A stretch of DNA of 21,560 nt, from contig CBDCLE010000021.1 of NCBI GenBank assembly GCA_965218585.1, positions 1 to 21,560 of the forward strand, in the 5' to 3' direction. Shown here piece by piece: positions 17,252 to 21,560 of the stretch. Below the pieces are notes generated by a model that was not told where the DNA came from, made no database searches, and saw only the letters and a program-made list of their open reading frames with translations. Both the position numbers and the translations under genes were made by a program. The first letter of the stretch is position 1. Each line of letters opens with the position of its first letter. This stretch comes from Terriglobia bacterium. GTDB lineage: Bacteria; Acidobacteriota; Terriglobia; 20CM-2-55-15.

Positions 17252-18145
17252 ATGAATGAGCCATCTACAGGCTCGGGCCGGTTTCTGGACCTCCCCGCGA
17301 ATCTTGCGGACTATTCGACCAGCAGGGCTGTTGTCTGGCCGCTCGCCTACGAGCGCACCACGAGTTGGAAGAGGGGAACAGGAAAGGGCCCTGGAGCCAT
17401 ACTGGAAGCTTCGGCCCACGTGGAACTTTACGACGACGAACTCGAATGGGAGCCATCGAGCATCGGGATCCACACCCTGGAAGAAACGAACCCTTCGTCC
17501 TTGGACGAAGCCGAAGGGATCGACAGCATCTACGAACATGCACGCCGGTATGTATCAGACGGCAAGTTCGTCCTGACTCTGGGAGGCGAACACACCCTGT
17601 CGACACCCCTTGTCCGGGCAGCCAAGGAGAAGTATCCGGATTTGTCCGTTCTGCAGATCGATGCCCATCCAGACCTGCGAGATACCTACGAGGGCACGCG
17701 TCACAGTCACGCGTGCGTGATGCGCCGCATTCTGGAGATCTGCCCCGCGGTTCAGGTGGGCCTCCGGTCGATTTCGAAAGAAGAGATCGAAGCGGCACGG
17801 ACGCTGCCGACAGAGATGTTCTTTGCCAGAAACATCGCGAAGAGTTCCGACTGGGTCGACCGGGTCGTAAACGCTCTGACCCCTGCGGTCTACCTGACGA
17901 TCGACGTTGACGGACTGGACCCTTCTATTATTCCGTCAACAGGTACACCCGAACCTGGTGGCCTGGACTGGCACAGTGTTGTCGATTTGATCAGGGAGGT
18001 CAGCCGGCATCGTACGATCGTTGGTGCAGATATCGTTGAATTACTTCCGACTGAAGGATTTCACGCAGCGGATTTTCTGTGCGCGAAGCTTGCCTACAAG
18101 ATTGTCGGTTATGCGTTTCACGGGCGTAGGACGAATACTGGTTGA
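17252..18145 (+). CDS. speB: Agmatinase (ureohydrolase)
   Basis: GGEHTLS, DAHPDLRD, SHAC, IDVDGLDPS..TGTPEPGGL, DIVEL.P. Starts 6 nt after the arginine decarboxylase stop. Confidence 0.95.
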   Translation: MNEPSTGSGRFLDLPANLADYSTSRAVVWPLAYERTTSWKRGTGKGPGAILEASAHVELYDDELEWEPSSIGIHTLEETNPSSLDEAEGIDSIYEHARRYVSDGKFVLTLGGEHTLSTPLVRAAKEKYPDLSVLQIDAHPDLRDTYEGTRHSHACVMRRILEICPAVQVGLRSISKEEIEAARTLPTEMFFARNIAKSSDWVDRVVNALTPAVYLTIDVDGLDPSIIPSTGTPEPGGLDWHSVVDLIREVSRHRTIVGADIVELLPTEGFHAADFLCAKLAYKIVGYAFHGRRTNTG

Positions 18146-18171
18146 GCATAAACCAACCTGAGAGAGCAGAA

Positions 18172-18314
18172 GATTTCGCTCGGTCGTTCAATCGGCCATC
18201 CATCCGACCGACCGGCGACGCTCGCGATCATCCTAATCGCAAGCCCTTTTGGGGACGCAGCGGAACTTACCGGTCAGTGCGGGGAGCAACGGGGCTGAGC
18301 CGAGGCGTCAGTGT
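18172..18314. repeat. Structured non-coding dispersed element, short copy (inverted relative to 9795-10086)
   Basis: GATTTCGCTCGGTCGTTCA..., ATCATCCT.ATCGCAAGCCCTTT... and AGCCGAGGCGTCAG are shared with the reverse complement of the long copy. Lies between convergent speB and cstA. Confidence 0.8.
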
Positions 18315-18333
18315 GACGAAAATAGCGGACTGA

Positions 18334-20013
18334 CTAATCTCCCCCCACAGCCTCAGGAACCGAAACCATGGCGCTATCTTTCCTGAATCGCAGGACCGCC
18401 TCAACTGCCAACCAGACACTCAGGACAAAAATGCAGGCAGCTACGGTAGTCAGCAGGAACTGGCCATCGGTGTAATAAAGACGGAGGTTGTACACCATCG
18501 CTGTCACGGTCACACACATCATGAATACCATCGGAAGCAGCGTATACCAGTAGTTACTTCCCTTCTGCCGCAGATAAACAGTCACCGTAAGAAGCGTCAG
18601 CGCCGCCATCACCTGGTTTGTGCTTCCAAACAGGGCCCAGAGGGCCAAGCCCGCCGACTGGCCATTGACCTGAAAGAAAGCGAAGAACGCTATCAAACCC
18701 ACGGCGATCAAGGAACCCAGATAGCGGTTCCCTAATTGGGGAACTCCAAAGGAATTCCCGATCTCCCCTATGTTGTAGCGAAGCAATCGCGTTCCCGAGT
18801 CCACTGTGGTCAGTGCGAAAGACACCGCCACCAAGGCTATGAAAGCCTGTGCGACCTCCATTGGAATTCCTAAACGCGAAACGAAAAGGGCAGCCCCATC
18901 GATAAATGCGCGCATCGTCGTTGCCAGGCCCGAAGCATTCGTCCAGCTGGAGTAATGCTCACTCCAAGACTCGACCGACCGGAATCCTGCGGTCGTCGCC
19001 AGAACAGCAAGGAGCCCGAGCATCGATTCACCAACCATGGCCCCATAGCCCACCGGAACCGCATCCGTTTCCTTGTCGATCTGTTTCGACGTCGTCCCGG
19101 AAGACACCAGACCGTGAAAACCGGAGGCTGCGCCGCAGGCGATTATGATAAAGACGAAAGGAAATATCGGTGGTGCCTGGGCTGGGCTCACATCCAGTAC
19201 CGGAGCTACAAAGTCGGGCCGAAGAACAAAGAAACCGACGTAGGCCCCTCCCAACCCGAGATACAACAGGAGCGAATTCAGGTAATCCCGGGGCTGCAGC
19301 AGCAACCACACGGGCAATACGGAAGCGGTAAACGCGTAAATCAACAGCAGGAAGATCCAGTTCCCCCGAGCGACATCCGGAGTCCCGACGTTCATCGCGA
19401 CAGCGACTGACGACAGCATCAGTACAAAGCCGATCGCCGTCATCAGTCCGATGCTCGCGGAACGCTTGTATACCATCCATCCAATCACGACGGCGACCGC
19501 CATAAGGAAAAATGTCGGGAGAACGGACTGAGGATAAAAACTGTCCGTAAACAGGTCGGCTACGATTCCTACGAAGACGCCCATGACAAGGCACAGAAGG
19601 AAAAGAATGATCAGCAGAAAAAGCGTTTTTGCGCGTGGCCCGATAAGATCCTCCGCGACTTTGCCGATACTGAGACCCTTATTGCGCATTGAAACGACGA
19701 TCGCGCTGAAGTCGTGAACGGCCCCTATCAGAACGGTCCCGAATACGACCCACAACATCGCAGGCAGCCAGCCCCAGATCACAGCTATCGCAGGCCCGAG
19801 CATCGGAGCCAGTCCGGCAATCGACGCAAAGTGGTGGCCAAACAAAACCACCTTTCTGGACGGGACATAGTCCACGCCGTCGCCCATCGTGTGTGCAGGG
19901 GTCGCCCGAGTGGGATCGAGCTTGAAGATATGCCGCCCCAGATGGCGCGCATAGAATTTATAGAACAGTATGTAAGCGACGAAACACAGGACCGCCGCGA
20001 CTACCGGCTGCAT
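18334..20013 (-). CDS. cstA: Carbon starvation protein A family transporter (peptide/pyruvate)
   Basis: TPAH..DGVDYVP...LFGHHFASIAG, GAVHDF, LPVWLLLQPRDY, IACGAASGFH.LVSSGTTSKQ, LWALFGSTNQ. AAGGAG RBS. Confidence 0.95.
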   Translation of the reverse strand: MQPVVAAVLCFVAYILFYKFYARHLGRHIFKLDPTRATPAHTMGDGVDYVPSRKVVLFGHHFASIAGLAPMLGPAIAVIWGWLPAMLWVVFGTVLIGAVHDFSAIVVSMRNKGLSIGKVAEDLIGPRAKTLFLLIILFLLCLVMGVFVGIVADLFTDSFYPQSVLPTFFLMAVAVVIGWMVYKRSASIGLMTAIGFVLMLSSVAVAMNVGTPDVARGNWIFLLLIYAFTASVLPVWLLLQPRDYLNSLLLYLGLGGAYVGFFVLRPDFVAPVLDVSPAQAPPIFPFVFIIIACGAASGFHGLVSSGTTSKQIDKETDAVPVGYGAMVGESMLGLLAVLATTAGFRSVESWSEHYSSWTNASGLATTMRAFIDGAALFVSRLGIPMEVAQAFIALVAVSFALTTVDSGTRLLRYNIGEIGNSFGVPQLGNRYLGSLIAVGLIAFFAFFQVNGQSAGLALWALFGSTNQVMAALTLLTVTVYLRQKGSNYWYTLLPMVFMMCVTVTAMVYNLRLYYTDGQFLLTTVAACIFVLSVWLAVEAVLRFRKDSAMVSVPEAVGGD

Positions 20014-20055
20014 AGTGCCACTCCTTATTAGAGGTTGCAGGAAGGGTCGCCCATC

Positions 20056-20084
20056 CTTTTACACTCCACCGAAATCCCTGTCAA
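20056..20084 (-). promoter_or_regulatory. Putative sigma70 promoter of cstA
   Basis: Minus strand TTGACA (20084-20079), 17-nt spacer, TAAAAG (20061-20056). Confidence 0.55.
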
Positions 20085-20097
20085 CTTCGGCTTCGTC

Positions 20098-21560
20098 TTA
20101 CCGGAAAAACAGGAGCACTATTGTCGGGATCGAAACAATGGCCACGAGGTCCACGACGATGCCGTACCGGATCATCTTTGTGATCGGAACCTTGCCGGAA
20201 GAATAGACGATCGCGTTGGCGGGCGTAGACACTGGAAGTATGACGGCGACCGAAGCGGTAAGACTGGCGGCGATCGCTGGCGGAATCGGATCCACGCCTG
20301 CCGCCTGGGCAATCGAGATAATGATGGGAATGGCGATGTTTGCGGCGGCTGTGTTGGACATCGTCTCGGAAAGAATCGTCGTAAAAATGGCTGCAGCAAA
20401 CGTTAACGCGATGAGCGACTCCACTGGAACCAGACTGGTAATGCCGAGCCCGAAGGCTTCCGCCAGTCCCGTCGAGGATGCCATCTGACCGAGCGCCAGC
20501 CCACCGCCGAAAAGCAGGATCGTTCCCCAGTCGATATTCGCGGCCTGCTTCCAGGTAATGGTGGAACGTTCGGTCCTGCTGACCGGCAACAGAAAGAGCA
20601 GCGTGGCACCCAGGAGTGCGGCCACAGAAATCGGTACGGCCGAAGACAGCATCGAGGCAACAGGGTGATCGGCTCCCAGCACGATCCCCAACAACCCGGG
20701 CACAACCCAGAGTGTGACGGTGACCAGGAAGGCGATCAGGACATTTTTCTCGCCTCTCTTCCACGGCCCCAACGCGGCCATGCGTTCTTTAATGATCCGG
20801 TCGGCGCCCGGAATCTCAGTGACTCCGGCCCGACCTATCCAATTCATGTAAATAACGAGGAATCCGACCATAAAGACAGAAGCGGGCACGGCAAAGAACA
20901 TCCATTGGACGAAGGAGATCTCCGTTCCGGTGAACTCGCGTATCATTCCCGCCGCGATGACATTCGGCGGCGTCCCGACGATGGTCGCCATGCCACCGAG
21001 GGAGCAGCCGTACGCAGTAGCCAACATCAGCGCCGTCCCGTATCCCGGGCTTATTGCGGACTCCGATTCCATGAAAGCCAGCAAGGACAACCCGATTGGC
21101 AGGAGCATGGCTGCGGTAGCTGTGTTGCTCATCCATGCCGAAATGAACGCTGCAATTCCGCCATAGGCGATCAGGATACGGGTGGGACGAGCGCCGATAA
21201 CCTTCCAGGACATCACGCCGTAGGCAATCCTTTCGTTCAATCGATGAACAAAGATCGCCTGCGCCAGGATGAAGCTTCCGATGAACAGAAATATCAGTGG
21301 ATCGGCAAACGGCGCGTAGGCCGCCCGTGCCGGGGCCACTCCCAGAACAATGGCAACGGTCGGTCCGAGTAAGGCCGTAGCGGGAAGAGGGATACTCTCG
21401 GTAATCCACAGCGTGATGACGCCTGCCATCACAGCGGCCAATCGGTGGGCTTCGGGGGACAGACCGGGCAGAGGCAGGGCCAGTATCAGGACGAACAGCG
21501 TCGGCGCCAGAACGAGCCCTACCTTGCGTCGGATGCGATCGATCCCCAATTCATCTGCCG
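20098..21560 (-). CDS. DASS/SLC13 family sodium:di/tricarboxylate or sulfate symporter, probably 5'-truncated by the window edge
   Basis: WITESIPL.ATALL, two SNTA motifs (WMSNTATA, TMSNTAAA), VGTPPN, PVSTPANAIVY. The frame stays open to the window end (..ADELGIDR). Confidence 0.93.
   Translation of the reverse strand, partial: ADELGIDRIRRKVGLVLAPTLFVLILALPLPGLSPEAHRLAAVMAGVITLWITESIPLPATALLGPTVAIVLGVAPARAAYAPFADPLIFLFIGSFILAQAIFVHRLNERIAYGVMSWKVIGARPTRILIAYGGIAAFISAWMSNTATAAMLLPIGLSLLAFMESESAISPGYGTALMLATAYGCSLGGMATIVGTPPNVIAAGMIREFTGTEISFVQWMFFAVPASVFMVGFLVIYMNWIGRAGVTEIPGADRIIKERMAALGPWKRGEKNVLIAFLVTVTLWVVPGLLGIVLGADHPVASMLSSAVPISVAALLGATLLFLLPVSRTERSTITWKQAANIDWGTILLFGGGLALGQMASSTGLAEAFGLGITSLVPVESLIALTFAAAIFTTILSETMSNTAAANIAIPIIISIAQAAGVDPIPPAIAASLTASVAVILPVSTPANAIVYSSGKVPITKMIRYGIVVDLVAIVSIPTIVLLFFR

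Overview
GC-rich bacterial chromosomal segment, probably Acidobacteriota (inferred from gene order and the RNase E/G with a large S1-domain insertion; very acidic exported proteins suggest a saline habitat). Order: internally deleted IS256 remnant; csoR-family repressor with terminator; the cluster mreB-mreC-mreD-mrdA-rodA-(815 nt structured gap)-rne/rng on the minus strand; ppiD-like chaperone; a GTAG-type REP doublet; a translationally coupled pair of secreted beta-propeller proteins (Ig-like+LVIVD and YncE-like); mdh divergent from pyruvoyl-dependent arginine decarboxylase and agmatinase; cstA; and a 5'-truncated DASS/SLC13 transporter. Four single-base indels at short homopolymers (csoR, rne, mrdA twice) look like sequencing errors. 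The most interesting signal not explained by the genes is a structured non-coding element present twice, at 9795-10086 (a ~290 nt long form) and inverted at 18172-18314 (a ~145 nt short form), with recurrent CAGGAUG/GGA hairpin loops. Also notable are a symmetric bidirectional promoter built on the palindrome TGTCAATTGACA and a 22-bp triple repeat inside a possible ~800 nt rne leader.
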